Positions 1 through 50,800 of a stretch of DNA of 64,000 nt are shown piece after piece. This DNA is from Tubiluchus corallicola (Eukaryota > Animalia > Priapulida). Within the stretch, counting starts at the first letter, position 1; the number at the start of each line of letters is the position of its first letter. The position numbers and the translations under genes are program-made. The stretch covers positions 62,001 through 126,000 of the forward strand of contig JAQGDQ010000144.1 of the NCBI GenBank assembly GCA_030141605.1. The letters run 5' to 3'. The notes under the pieces are model-generated. The model did not search any database. It was not told the DNA's origin and saw only the letters and a list, made by a program, of their open reading frames with translations.

Positions 1-254
1 AACCCAATTGAAAACATTTTCCTCTCCTTTAAAAGAATCGACATTTTAAGTATCAATTTCTGCAAATCGAAAATTATGTTACCGTATGTGTTAGCCATTT
101 AAATGCCAAGTCATACAATGACATTTACCTCATCTACTTATAATTAGAACAATTAAATAGTGCAAAACTGCAAAAACTGAGTATTTGAATACATGTTCAC
201 AAATAAACATCAAGAGGGTTTTATTCTCTTTTCTCTTAGTCTACAATATCTTAC

Positions 255-37929
<37,675 letters not shown>

Positions 37930-39319
37930 CTGACAAAAATAATTCAAATTGTGATTAACATGATGTGCTTTAACTTAACAATGTGCACGTTCCAATTCAC
38001 AATACTAGATTAATTTTAATTAGTTTTTACAATTTACACAATTTGAATGTACAAAACTATTAGTTTTAATCTCTATTTGTCGTGGTCGATTATTTTCTTG
38101 TGCTGCACTGCAGCTTTGGAATCAGTTACTCTGGAATCAGTTATCATATGTAAAAACAGTTAGCACTATTACTTTCACCTTTTAATCAAAGTCACTTACA
38201 ACAACTTTATTTTCTGTGCTTCTCGTAACATACACTCAGTAAATTTTAGCTGTCTTATTAAATTTGTGTACACTGGTGTTGTGTATGGTTCAGAGACAAC
38301 GCAACCAACTCAGCGAATAGTAACAGAAGCACTGCCCTCGTCGGCATTTAGTTAATAGGATATTGACAAAAAAACAGACTATAAGCAGACTGATCCAAGC
38401 CGTATTACTACCATAATTAATTAGACAAATTATTGCTAGCTACAGAGTGTCTACTTTATGAGTAGAATATTATGCTTACCTCTCGATGAACACCGGCTAC
38501 AACCACAGTCACCCCGGAATGACCGTTTTAGCCGACTAATTATAGCTGTGATTAGGTCTGACAAATCAAGTACATAATTACTAGTATGAAGCGGATTTGC
38601 CTTTTTACACTTAACCCTGTTCATATTATAATCAAAAGCAAAATAAGAAGGAAACATGTTATTAATTATTTTTTCCGTTTAAAACATGCTGTTTGTCTGC
38701 TTTTCAGCGCAAAAAAATAATTTGAAAATGTTTATTGTACTTCTCTACGACGAGTCCCTCTACACAGCTGTTTTGGCAGTTTTATCACCTACGCTAGTCA
38801 GGTAAGTTCTTCTTCAGGAGTTGGAGCAGTTAATTGGCTGCACCGACATAGAACGGCTAGTGAATGACAGTGATGTTTCATTTTAAGCAAACACAAAGTA
38901 TGATTTCCCCTGTTACTCATTTATAGGATTGTTCTTTGGTATTTTATACCAGGATAAAAAAGCTTTGCTGCTTTAATGACATCACATGATGCTCGTTGCT
39001 CAGATTAATTAAAACTTTTACTAGATATGGTAAAGGCCTTAATTTCTCTATGATGCTTATTGCCGCCTGTATTCAGTTTTGATTAACATTGGGTATACCA
39101 CTTACTGTAGTCACTTCACAACAGTATCACCGGTAATCTTTGTAGGCGTCACCAAGTGACAGACTCATAACAAAGCAAGCAAACAGCATAAAATGAACAC
39201 TAAAGGAAAAGCGGTCCCAATCGTAAACTGTAGGTCAAAACATCCTATCTTTAAAATATTGAAAGGGAACATACTATTTTTTAAAAAATGAATGAATTAC
39301 TACCAGACAAAAGTAATTT

Positions 39320-39645
39320 CGTTTTCCCGCCTCTAGTTCTTTGTGGTTACATTCATTTTGCCATTCGTTAGTTAGATGGGCTCTGCGCACCTGAATTTCG
39401 GAAACACGTTGCATGAAAAACAGTTCAGATCTGTTCGTTTATGATGTAAACACGTTCGAGAGCTCATGTGTAAACACATCGGTAAATTTAAAATTTAAAT
39501 TTTTACTTTAAAATTTGTCGAGTTTTTGTATATCTCACTGAATGTTCTACACTAGCAATGTACTTCAATTTCGCTTTCGCAAACATGTTCAAAACGAAAG
39601 CTATGTTCGTTTGTGACGTCATCACTAGCTAGGCTTGCCCGCCGT
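39320..39645 (-). promoter_or_regulatory. Candidate promoter region of the PKD1-like gene
   Basis: Motif cluster: TTTCCCGC (E2F-like), GTTGCATGAAAAAC (X-box-like), two GTAAACA (forkhead) and TGACGTCA (CRE). Confidence 0.3.
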
Positions 39646-41086
39646 TAAAAGGTTTTTTACCTATTATTTAATTATCACAAATGCTTTGGCATTATTATAT
39701 GTGTTACAATGTTACATTTTACCGTACTTGAAAATTGTGTGGCATAGGAAAAATCGTCCTATTCTGCTTTAAGTATAGAGCGCCCTAACTCTTCCATGGT
39801 TAGTGCAATACGCACGTACCAGCCACAAATGTAGATCCTGCTACCATTAGTATCAACGCTGCAATTCTTAAAGTGAAGTTGAAGTGACTCTTCATTCTGT
39901 ATTATTGAACACAGTCACGTAACTCCATATAACATGAGGAAACGAACGTCAGATTAGTATGAGAACCTGCAAAGTAGCAAAGGTCTGATCAAGGCCAATA
40001 GTAACAACGTAGCAAGCAGAGGTCTAAAAATATTTGACTATACACTGTACATATAAAAATCTGTAGCCCCGATGCCTAGCTATGTCTGTGTTCTTGTATC
40101 TGTTTTTCTGTGCCTGCCTATCTGATATACTTTTTTAAATAACGAAAAAAGGGCAACATCCTTTAATTATGTCACCGCACCTGTCTATGCACAATTTGTT
40201 TACGAAAATTACTTCATTCGTTAAAGACCGCACTGAGCTTGAGATAGGCCCAGATCAGATAAAAAAACCTAGACGATTGATAGGATTCAATCCAAACTGA
40301 TAATCTAGTGCTAAAATAAGATTTATGTATTTATGATTTTTTCATTTTAGGACACTGAAGCTCCACTTAGCAAAACTTGATTTTATTTTATTGATAAACT
40401 GTGACACTCGTCACACATGACAAAACAATACAACTGCTATAAAATTTAAAGTTTACAAGCAGATTTCAAAAAGCAAAATTAAGAAACTATAACAGACACA
40501 ACGTTAACGTTATGGAGTGAGACAGTTTAAAGGACGGCGCATAAAGTCAAACTATATTCCCTGTTTCCAATGTGGTCCCTAAACAGCTAGTCGTCTTCTG
40601 TTTAAGAATGATGAATAAAATACAATGCAATAGTGACGACATCTATAAATGAGAAAATTACAACAAACGGCTAAGAACGCATGCGTTATGAATACCATGA
40701 ATATAGAGTGAAACCAGCTACATACTGAATGAATATAAATATTTGAATCAAAATACAGCTGTAAGTCTAGAAATTACGAAAAAAAACTAAAGCGATGTTC
40801 ATGTACATTTTAGTAAACAGCTTATAGTTACACGTTCAGTCACAAGATTATTATTTTTAAAAAAGTGTATTAAAAACTTAAAGAATTTTTTAAAAATATA
40901 CCATATTATGCTTTTAAAACTACTTTTAATATACCAACTAAACTACTTTTAATATACGTACTTGTAAAAATGCTGATTAACAAGACGTCATGTTGCTGGG
41001 AATGTCTGAAAAAGCGCGCATTAAGATGAGACATTTGGAAAAATATCATTCTATCTCAGGTTCAATTAAGCTTTCGAAAATTATAA

Positions 41087-41741
41087 GGCCTGTTTTACAA
41101 TGAGGACGCAAGAAAGATGACACACGGAAAATTGCTGTCAGAAAATTTCCGCCCTTTTCTCGAAATCTCGCGCAGCAAGAAAGTTTATTTCACAGTGAAA
41201 TTGCTCGGTTTTTTTACTCGCGACCAGTTAGCTATAGCCACTTTGCGAGTTGCAAACTTGTAGTTATTACACGTAAACATAGACAGTGAACACGATGTTT
41301 TGACTAAGTGCTTATTGTTATGCCGATAGAATTAATTACCGTCGTTATCGGGTGCACCCAGTTAACCAAACAAGACAAAAACGCGTGTTGCAACATTGTG
41401 TGGGCAGTTGAAGGACGATCGGAAGAAATTTTTGGAATGACTCCGGACACTTTCGACAAGCTATTCTCTTTGCCGCATCATTCTATTACATAACAGATGT
41501 AAACTTCAGAGACTGCGTTGACTCTCTAACTTTTTTTGTAATTTGATATGTTATATACTCATGTCTAAATTAAGTTACAGTTGCCGCATTTCTTATATAC
41601 AAAGTGCAATTAATACTGTTACTCAACGTACTGTCAGACCTGCTTGTTGTTTTTTAGTAAAGTTTTACCATCCACTTCAAAATCTGAAAATATGCCCCAA
41701 AACTTTTTCTCTAGGAATTTAGCCTCACTATGAAATGGGCC
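41087..41741 (+). mobile_element. PIF/Harbinger-type non-autonomous element
   Basis: TAA on both flanks. TIRs GGCCTGTTTTACAATGAGG / CCTCACTATGAAATGGGCC. Internal FGMTPDTFDKL and TDVNFRDC resemble the Harbinger transposase N-terminus. A related terminus occurs at about 55548-55570. Confidence 0.7.
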
Positions 41742-43940
41742 TAAATTTTCCTTAAATAGCATCTACAGAGATTCTTTCCTTTCAGTTTTCAAGTTTTCTT
41801 TCTCTGTCTGCAGGAATAGCCCCATAAAATCATAGATCTGTTCTATCTACCCTGCCCTCTCTAAACTCTATCCTGGCCTGCTTTCATATTCATTATGAAT
41901 GATTTAATAACTATAATCATCTAGCTGATTGACTGGTAATAGTTTGATTAACAAATAATTGATTGATTAAAGACTACACGGACTGATTGAAAGGGCATTT
42001 TTCTCTTGCAATTATGTTTCCACCAAAATAAATAAACGTAATCTTGAGCATACAGAAAAACTAAACGAGTTTACTTGTTTTACTTAAGCAACTCCACGAA
42101 AAGAAACCTGTCTACACACTGGCAAATTTCTAGATAATATTTAAAACACAATAAATTTTATAAAAATTTTTGAAGTTTACAATTTCCCATACAATTTAAA
42201 TACACTAACCCTAATCCTATCCCTAACTCAGATGCTAACCCTAACCCGGCCAACCCTAATCCGCTTAACGAAGTATTTCTTGTGCGTGGGTAAACTTTAG
42301 CTTAAATTTTTAAATGCGAAAAATATTTTGAAAAATATATATGATATAGGCAACGTCGTGCAAACTGATTTAATGTAATTACCAAGGAATACGCAGTTAG
42401 TTGAATTTAAAATTGTCCGATATTTTGCAAAACAACTTAAGAATATCTTAAAATATCAATGCCAAAACTGAAATTTAAAACGTTCTGCTAATTTGAAGAG
42501 AAAATAAGCTTAGCTGTTTAATGTCCAGAAAAAAACTTCCCTATTTCTTTACTAAAAATATTTTACATACCAGAAAGCTTAACTGATGAAATTATGTATA
42601 AATAGTTTTCCTAAAACGTTTCGCGTTAAGCCATACTATATGCAAAAAGTAATAAATGTCTCACAATGTAAATACAACGCTTGCCTTTCAGATGCACCAA
42701 CATAATTGCTACAATTTTTTCAAACGCAAATTTCGTCATCTAGCCATAACGTTAGTGAAGCACATAGTTCAACCAAGGATGGAAAATGGGGGTGTTAGAA
42801 AAGTGCAATTCCAAACGTCCAAAGGGGATTGCTTAAAATATCTGCTTTCCCTGTATTATTATTGATAAATTCATGACATGCTCTTTTTATATCACCATCC
42901 ATCATTAATGTTTCTTTTTTGTTAGAAAATCAGAATTTTTTGTGTTCATTCCGCCAACCCTACCCCATTATTTTGTCGAACCTCTGGAAATTCTACCCCA
43001 TTATAGAAGCATATTACAGCTATTTGTATCCCTGGTGACATTTCATTGATTGGAGCGAAATGTATATTATAGTCTTGAATTATGCAACCTTCCCAAAATT
43101 GGTATTCGTTTTAAAAGTATTATTGCCAGTTGTGTATACTACTCGTAGTCCTGGAGACATCTAAGCACTTATTGACAAAACGCACGGTTAGTTACAATCA
43201 TGGTAAAGTGATCCGGTCGGTGGTAAATACTAGGTTGAGATCGAATTTTGATAAACATCTATATTAATGAACGACAATGTGACACAAAGTATGCAGTATT
43301 GCATCAGCAGAGTTTGAGCTTTCAACAATATCGATTTGTTTAAACACAGATTTGTTTTAATCATCTGGTTTACAATAAAACCTGGCAATGTTTCAATGCA
43401 ACTCCTTGATTTCTTTATTATTTTAGCTTTTTCGGGTAATAATTGAACATGCAGAATCTTTTTAAGCATAATCGACGTTAGCAAAATCTGGCAATAAACT
43501 TGTCATTAGAAATTGACTTTGGAATTTGGATATGCTAATTTTAAATCTTGTTCCACACATATAAATACTAATAATTGTCTTTTTATGGCTGGTTTACTTT
43601 TTAAACAGGACCACTAGGAAGAACTGCAAGCATTGAAACAAAAAAATCACCATTTTGAGCTTTTTTCAAGTTTGTACTGTAAAAACTACATTATTAGCTT
43701 TCAAATGTCAAGTTTGTATTGAGAATGCACAGTATACTTTGAAATAATAACATTGAAAATGTGAGTTTGTAGGATCTTGCTGTGAACACATCTTATTACG
43801 GCAAAGTGCACCATAGAAATGAACTAAACAGATTTAATGTATTAAAAATTTATTAAAATTTTGTAAAACTAAACAGTTATGACCATAATCACACGTTATT
43901 TAACAAAAGGTTAATAAAAAATTACATACAGTTTTACAAA

Positions 43941-44416
43941 CTAAAATCGTTTTAGACAAAATTGTAAAACAATTGATAAAAAGAACAATAATCGATGAGA
44001 ATGAAAATGCAAATGACATAAATGCGCTCCTGAACCACGGGCTGATTTCTGCACTTCGTAGACAGCTTTTGGATCTGGACTGTTCAGGACCTGATGAATT
44101 TCACTGAGAAGAGGATAGCGTCCTTCTCTACAAAATGTGCCAGAAAAGTCATCCATGTCCAATGAGAAGATCATAACTCCCCCTAACCGCTTCTCCTTCA
44201 TAAACATTACCTGCAAGTGAAATACTCGGTCTTATGATTGATATAAATGCACCTTTTATACTATTCATGAACAAGCAAATTCTTCAAAAGTTTAATTAGC
44301 TACCTAACTACTAATTGATTACTATCAATTACTCAGCATAAATACGGTACTTAAATGCTCAAAAATTCTGTCTCCCTCTTTCTCCCTTCTTCTCTCTGCC
44401 TTCCTCCTCTCTCTCT

Positions 44417-44506
<90 letters not shown>

Positions 44507-47500
44507 CTTTCTCTCTGTCTCTAAGTTACTTTTAAAAAATGAGTTTATCACGTGAGATAAGATGGCAGCTAAATTTGGCAACCTAGTCAACAGAGTTTCT
44601 ATACTGGGTTAGGGGAAGCCATTTGGAAAAATGCGTAGTTGTTCTATAGCAAGACGATTAAAAGGTGAAAATGGCATAACAATTTATGGAAAAGAAACAT
44701 GAAACCACCATTTGCTAAGTGCTCTAATTAAAAGCTGCCGTCGAAAGTTTACCTTTTCAGCTAAACTTTTTCTATTCTCGTAGCTAATAAAAACTTCGCC
44801 GTCTGTCATGTATGGAGCGCGCTGAACATCATCAAATTCTTCACGAAATCTCCCCTGCTTTATTTTCTCACACACCTGTCAAACGTTAATCAAAAGTGAA
44901 CAATATCAGTTTATGTCAAATGTGGAAGTCTCGACTTATGTATAGGTAGTGTTTGCTTTTTTCAAACTATTTTAGCAAAAAATAAGAAAGTGAAGCCTTT
45001 CGTGTTTCAGCCGTCATTAATTTAACTGCTAAATAAAAGTGAATGCGTGCTGGTTGCCTTTAATGTGGTGTAACTATTCGTGGTATATTACACTGTACAT
45101 ACTATCATCATTGCAGCTGTTTTTATGTTATTCTTACATGGCTGTATTTTTAATGCAGCAGGTTCCATAACTGATTGCGGTTTAAACAACTGTAAAAAGT
45201 TGTTCTTTGCTATTGGAAGATGTTTATTAGTTATTACTCTCTTTATTAATGAGAGCCCTATTAGGTGACTTCAGCTTGCGAATTTTAATGCAGCTTATTT
45301 CCTAATAATCTGTGATAAATTATACAGTATAGACAAACTTGATTTTTAGCTATTCTTATCACACGCTTTCGCAGTAACTGTATCAAATTTGGTTACCTCA
45401 TAATACGACAATACTCCTTTTTCACGAGTGTACTGTCCTGATTTACACTTCTTATACCGATTCCTTAGGGAATGGCCGATCACGCTTCCACTAACATTAC
45501 TGTTTAGCTTGACGCAGAATCCATACATGGCTAAACCAATGACTAGTTTATCACGAGGTGTGTCATCTTGAAGCCATTTCAATGTAGACCAACGCTAGCA
45601 CATAAAATTAACAAATTTATTGAGGTGATACATTTCGCCATAACTTAGAAAGCAAATAAAGGATTTTACGAGATGAAACACAGTTTAACTTCAGTATTAT
45701 TTTATTACCCCACCGACCCATTTCAGCCTGAAAAAATGAAAATACGTGTGAAAATGGAATTGTATTATACTGCCTAATGTTTACAGGGTCTAACAATCGC
45801 CTAGAAGTTCCACAGGTATCTCGACTTGCATTTCTGCTGGTATGCCGCTGACATTACACTGACATTTCCAATGACATAGCCCTGACATTCCACTAAAATC
45901 TTCATTGATATTCCACCAACATGCCATTGATATATTCACTGACATGCCCACTGACATACCGCTCATATTTCCACTTACATTTTCACTGACTCCACTAACA
46001 TTCCTCTGAAGTTCCATGATATTTCCACTGTCATTCTATTGACGTTTCTATTTATGTTTCCACAGACATTTCATTCGGATTACATCGGCATTCATTGTTT
46101 TCCTTTGACACTTCCATAATCGTTTCACTGACATACTACTGACATTTCCGTGGGCACATTTGTAAAAAATTTGGATTTCAGTATCCCTCCTTTTTTCGTG
46201 AGATTGAACCATCTACTAGAAGATAAACAGTGTTTCACCTCATAAAATCTGATATTTGCATTTTGTATTGTACTTCTTTTGCATTGTGTATAGTAAAAAA
46301 ACAGAAACACTGTACATTTTTGGGTGATCGCATTGTTACGATTGTTCAGTTTTTGTAAACCTAAGAATAACAATGAATATGTCACGGACTGTGCCTTTTA
46401 TCATCTAAAACAAGTTGTCGTGATCGTGCTATACACTGACTTCTGTTGTCCAATAGAAATCGCAAATATTTTAAGGTCAATGGACTTTTGACAGCGAGTT
46501 GTCCTGCTCCATAAAACCGTAAATGCAGTGTGTCGTCCATTTTTTATCGGTTGACTTTGTAGTTTGATTGTAGCATGTTAATTAAGCATGAGGAAGATGA
46601 AAAACATACGTGGCTTCTTCTCTGGCTTCCAAATGTTGCGTGTGTACATGGTGGATTTATTAAAAAATGTTAAGTTTTACTGCTAATTTTTATTGATTTG
46701 GCCCAATTTCCATTCCGTTATGTCAGTAAAAACTGCTTTTCTGAAATATGCACCCATATTGTTTCTGTACTACATTAATAAACATATACACGTTTGTGTT
46801 AACGGTATAATCAAGATAGAAACGCAAGAGGGCCTAAGTACAGTTATGTTTTGCCTTTTAACTTGCAGGTCATGCAGGTTCGGAGTCCTCTTTCAGCATT
46901 ACTCTTTCAGCCTTTCTCTACAATAGACCACTTTCTTCTCACAATTTGGCTACCATGGCTTTGCTAGCAAACCTGCCCTTCAAAACGGAGGCTTGCATTT
47001 CTATCATCTGTGTAAATAATGTATAGAATTGTCATGGCAACAATTTTATTATTTCACAGAATCTGACATAATATGATGCCCGGCGATTACTGTAACTGAC
47101 TACCTTGGCTCCAGCCCTAAGTCTTGTTAACAGTATATTATTCTTACCACATTGAAGGTACTAGTTGCAGGAGAAAGTTTTTCATTATGGTATAAGGGAG
47201 CATTATGTCCTGCCACATCCGACCACGTGCCATAATAATCATAAGCCATCACCGTTACAAAATCAACATATCTGAAATGTGCAATAAAAACTAGTTAAAA
47301 ATAATAATCAAGCTACTCAGCAGAGGTGCGTATCCACCCTCTGACATGAAGTCACTGCGGACGATAATTTATTTTGATATTTTGACTTCAATCTTTCACT
47401 TTTCGAACCGAAAATTAATAGGTTTCCAGTTCTTGTCTAACTAGACCTATCCCTGCGCCACTGCTAGACTTACCCTTACAGTTATTATTTCTTCATCCAG

Positions 47501-50500
47501 TTTGAATATCTTTTGCGGAACACACAGATAGACAGACAAACACGATTAAACCTACCTACGTTCCGATGACTGGCGGTGTAGGTAACGAATATATCTGAAA
47601 TCTATCCTTAATCCAGGCACCACGACAATAATGTGTCAATGCTGTGACAATATGCTTGCAAATATTGGGACAATATATGGAAATGTGGACTTGCCACAAG
47701 ATTGTAACAATATGTGTAAGCTATATGTGGACAACAATATTGGTCCATTGTTGTACCAATATTGGACAAAAACATAATATAGTATATATGGTGACGATAT
47801 TTTCTGAACATATTTTTTATCAAGATCCTGACTAGATCGTGACCATATGGTGGCAATATTGCTTGCTGCCTGGAAACACGTATTCTGCACACAGTTAGCC
47901 ACAGCAAAAGCCATATCATAATAAAAATTGCGTACAAATGCTTGATTCTATATCAGAAACGCATTTGTGAATTTCAAAGTTCGAATATTACATTTTTGTA
48001 GATTACGATCGTATTAGCTACCATATCACACGGTTCGCATTTACAAGCAAAAAAGCAATTTTTGGTGGACATATAAGCGATTCAAAACCCTTGGCCTTTC
48101 CATACTACCTTGCGCGAGGCCTATTTGCAGGTCCAAATTATTAAAACTATAATTCTGGAACCGCCTGTTTCTATTTCCTGCGGAGCAGCATGAGAAGTAA
48201 GAATTTTCAAAATAAGCCTACCTTGCTATAGCAGCGATGTCATAACCTCTGTCAATGTAATAATTGCCACCCGAAACTGCCACAGACAAAATAAGTTTTT
48301 CGTCTTCGCTATTCATGGCCGCCTCTTCGGAAAAAGCTTCTTGAAGTTCCTATGCACAACCAAACAAAATAATAGAATGGCAATTATAAGATTTTGGTCT
48401 TATAGTATTAATATACAATGATTGGTTGTCTGCTTCAGTTGTACAATAAGATCACAGAAACGCACGAACTTTGATTGTCTGGAGCATTTTTCACGTCCAC
48501 TGGGACACAAACCCAAGAATTTCTGTTTTTCGGGCAGCTGTTAGGCTGTTAGTCCACATAAGCATCTGACTTTTCAGACTCAAAAAATGTCTTACAGGCT
48601 GCTACAAATTCGTTTACAGAATCCGATACTTGGATTACAGAGACTCAAAGTCGAATCATATAGGGCCTACTGTATTTTCAAAAAATACAACCTGGAATTT
48701 AATTACAATTTTACATAACAATCAATTTATGATCGTTAAATAATTTTTGGCTGACCCTCAAGAGCAAAGATCTGCATGTTATCTGAGTGTGTTGACCGTT
48801 TTTGTTTCAAAAATGTGTCAGTTGTGCCATTGACGATGACTTCATTGTGTGAAGTGTACCTTTAACAGAATAGGGAAGTTTTCTCTATCTTCCCTTTTTC
48901 CGCCTCGCTCGACCTCTCCGGGAAACTCCCAGTCTAATTCAAATCCATCAAATCGATGTTGTCTGATAAAAGAGATCAGATCACTAATAAACTTCTCTCT
49001 CTTTTTTGAATCAGATGCTAATCTGCTAAACGTCAGAGGTCCTTCTTTATAACCGCCAACTGCTAGGAGCAATTTGGGCCGCGGTTCTGTGGTGTTTAGA
49101 CGTTCAAACAATCTTTGGTACATATCTGACAAAATAATAATAATAAAAACGCCATGAATCAAACACAAACAAACAGCAAATTCAACATGTCTATGTTATG
49201 TAGAAAAGATGCATAATTACGTAGGCTATTTATTTATCATGTATGCAAGGGACACTCGTGTACAGTGAAACGCCATTCAGCAAAGTACGTGACGTTCCTT
49301 CGTGTCACTTATATATAGGCGCAAAGTACAGAAATTAATTTGCTAAATTTACTCTGTTTAGCACTTTTCGCAGGCATTTTATTAAATGCGACTGCCAATG
49401 TCAAGCGTTCATTGTGACCGTTAAAGCACTTTAAATGTATCAACGACTGTCTCACCCTTTCAACGATTTATGAATCTCTGTATTGATTGCAAATCATCAG
49501 TATGAATAAACGGTATAGCCAAATAAATAAATACAGTTTCTTGTGCTTTGCACATTTACCAGAGCCAACTACTGTCTTATCCTTTTAACAATTTATTAAT
49601 CTCTGTATTGATTGCAAATCACCAGTAAGAATAAACCGTATAACTAAATAATTTTTTTTTGTGCTTTGCACAGTTACCAGATCTAAATGTTTACACTTTG
49701 CAGCCATGTTTCTTGTACAGTTGTCTATTTAAATTATTCAATAACTAATAACTAGTTCAGCATCCGTTTTATCTTATGCCCACCACCTTTAGTTCGGAAC
49801 CTTAGTACAACACAAACTCAACTTCGGAAGTTGAAGACACGTATATGGTACAAACACAAAGTTAGCCATGATGGTGGTTACTAAAAAAATAATTAAGTTT
49901 CTTTTGGCTTTCATAATGATTTTTAATTTTATGATAGCATTTATATGGTTTTTGAAATTTTTTGCATCTTTATATTGTTTTACTTGATTCTATTTTGTGT
50001 TGGTAGTTTGGACAGCGTAACTCTAAAACTATGGAGTCACCTTATTGCGGACTAGTATTCACTCATTTTATACTTCTAAGTATCAAAATCGTTTTCCGTC
50101 TGCAATGCACTTTAATTGTTTGGGCTGAATCATTTCCAATCTGCATGCGAAACTGATAACACGTTTTATTCGTTTTTTATTGGCGTACCTCGCCATCACT
50201 AAACTTAAAACAACACGACTTATATAATATGAACATACTTTCGTCGTTCCATTCCAATGTCTTGATTTTAAATTGGCGGCTATCAACGTTAGCAAATGCG
50301 AAAACTACGTGGGTGCACAATTCTGGATTTACATTTTCTGGCTTGAAGGTAGCTGAAAGAAACGAAAAAATTAATAGAAAACAGCACGATGCGCCATTAA
50401 GCATCTCAATTCGTGATTTCGTAACGTTTGAAATGTATATTACTGTCGTTTTTAAACAGACAATATTTAATTCAAAACTAAAATTCATTAAATAAAACTT

Positions 50501-50800
50501 AAGTATTGCAAGGTTACCATATATGTGAAAACTACTTTTACGTATGTGCATACGTATAGTACGATACATACGGTACATGTAATTACGTCATTGCGGATTA
50601 GCAGCACATTTGTGAAAACGGAGGCACGCTTTAAAGTGCAGAGAAAAAAGAGAAAGAGAACAAACTTTACCAGGTGAAGGTCTGTACTGTGCCCAGTTAG
50701 TGTAATAACAAACCAGCCTGTAGTGTCCAGCTGTCAAAGTATTACAAGAAGAAGCGGTAAAAATGACTAGCGCCACGACACTAAGAATACGATTTATCAT
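43941..50800 (-). CDS. GH18 chitinase/chitinase-like protein, about 450 aa, with signal peptide, no CBM14 and a hydrophobic C-terminal tail
   Basis: Exons 50671-50800, 50239-50352, 48860-49125, 48222-48349, 47148-47271, 45397-45594, 44753-44875 and 43941-44210 (1353 nt including stop) are all GT-AG and in phase. Motifs: VCYYTNWAQYR, LCTHVVFAFA, FDGFELDWEFP, VMAYDYYGTW, GVLSYYEVC, LGGVMIFSLDMDDF. Confidence 0.93.
44407..44503. repeat. (CT)n microsatellite
   Basis: Read directly from the sequence. Confidence 0.97.
45820..46160. repeat. Degenerate 11-12-bp minisatellite
   Basis: Recurrent CCACTGACATT-like units. Confidence 0.75.
47310..47590 (+). mobile_element. Possible Helentron-associated (HINE/DINE-like) non-autonomous element
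   Basis: Internal CACACAGATAGACAGACAAAC microsatellite followed by a short terminal hairpin-like segment; the family call is by resemblance only. Confidence 0.3.
47630..47865. repeat. Degenerate minisatellite
   Basis: Recurrent ACAATAT / GGACAA units. Confidence 0.55.
49473..49681. repeat. Direct repeat, period about 125 bp, in a chitinase intron
   Basis: AATCTCTGTATTGATTGCAAATCA...TTGTGCTTTGCACA.TTACCAGA occurs twice. Confidence 0.85.

Noticed and set aside
44351-44590. ERERER / SLSLSL ORFs; likewise CVCVCV / HTHTHT at 51535-51880 and the His/Thr-rich ORFs at 8923-9216 and 14829-15026
   Set aside because: These are translations of microsatellites or low-complexity DNA.
45820-47865. CRISPR-like repeat arrays
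   Set aside because: The units are short and degenerate with no unique spacers; the context is a eukaryotic intron with no cas genes.
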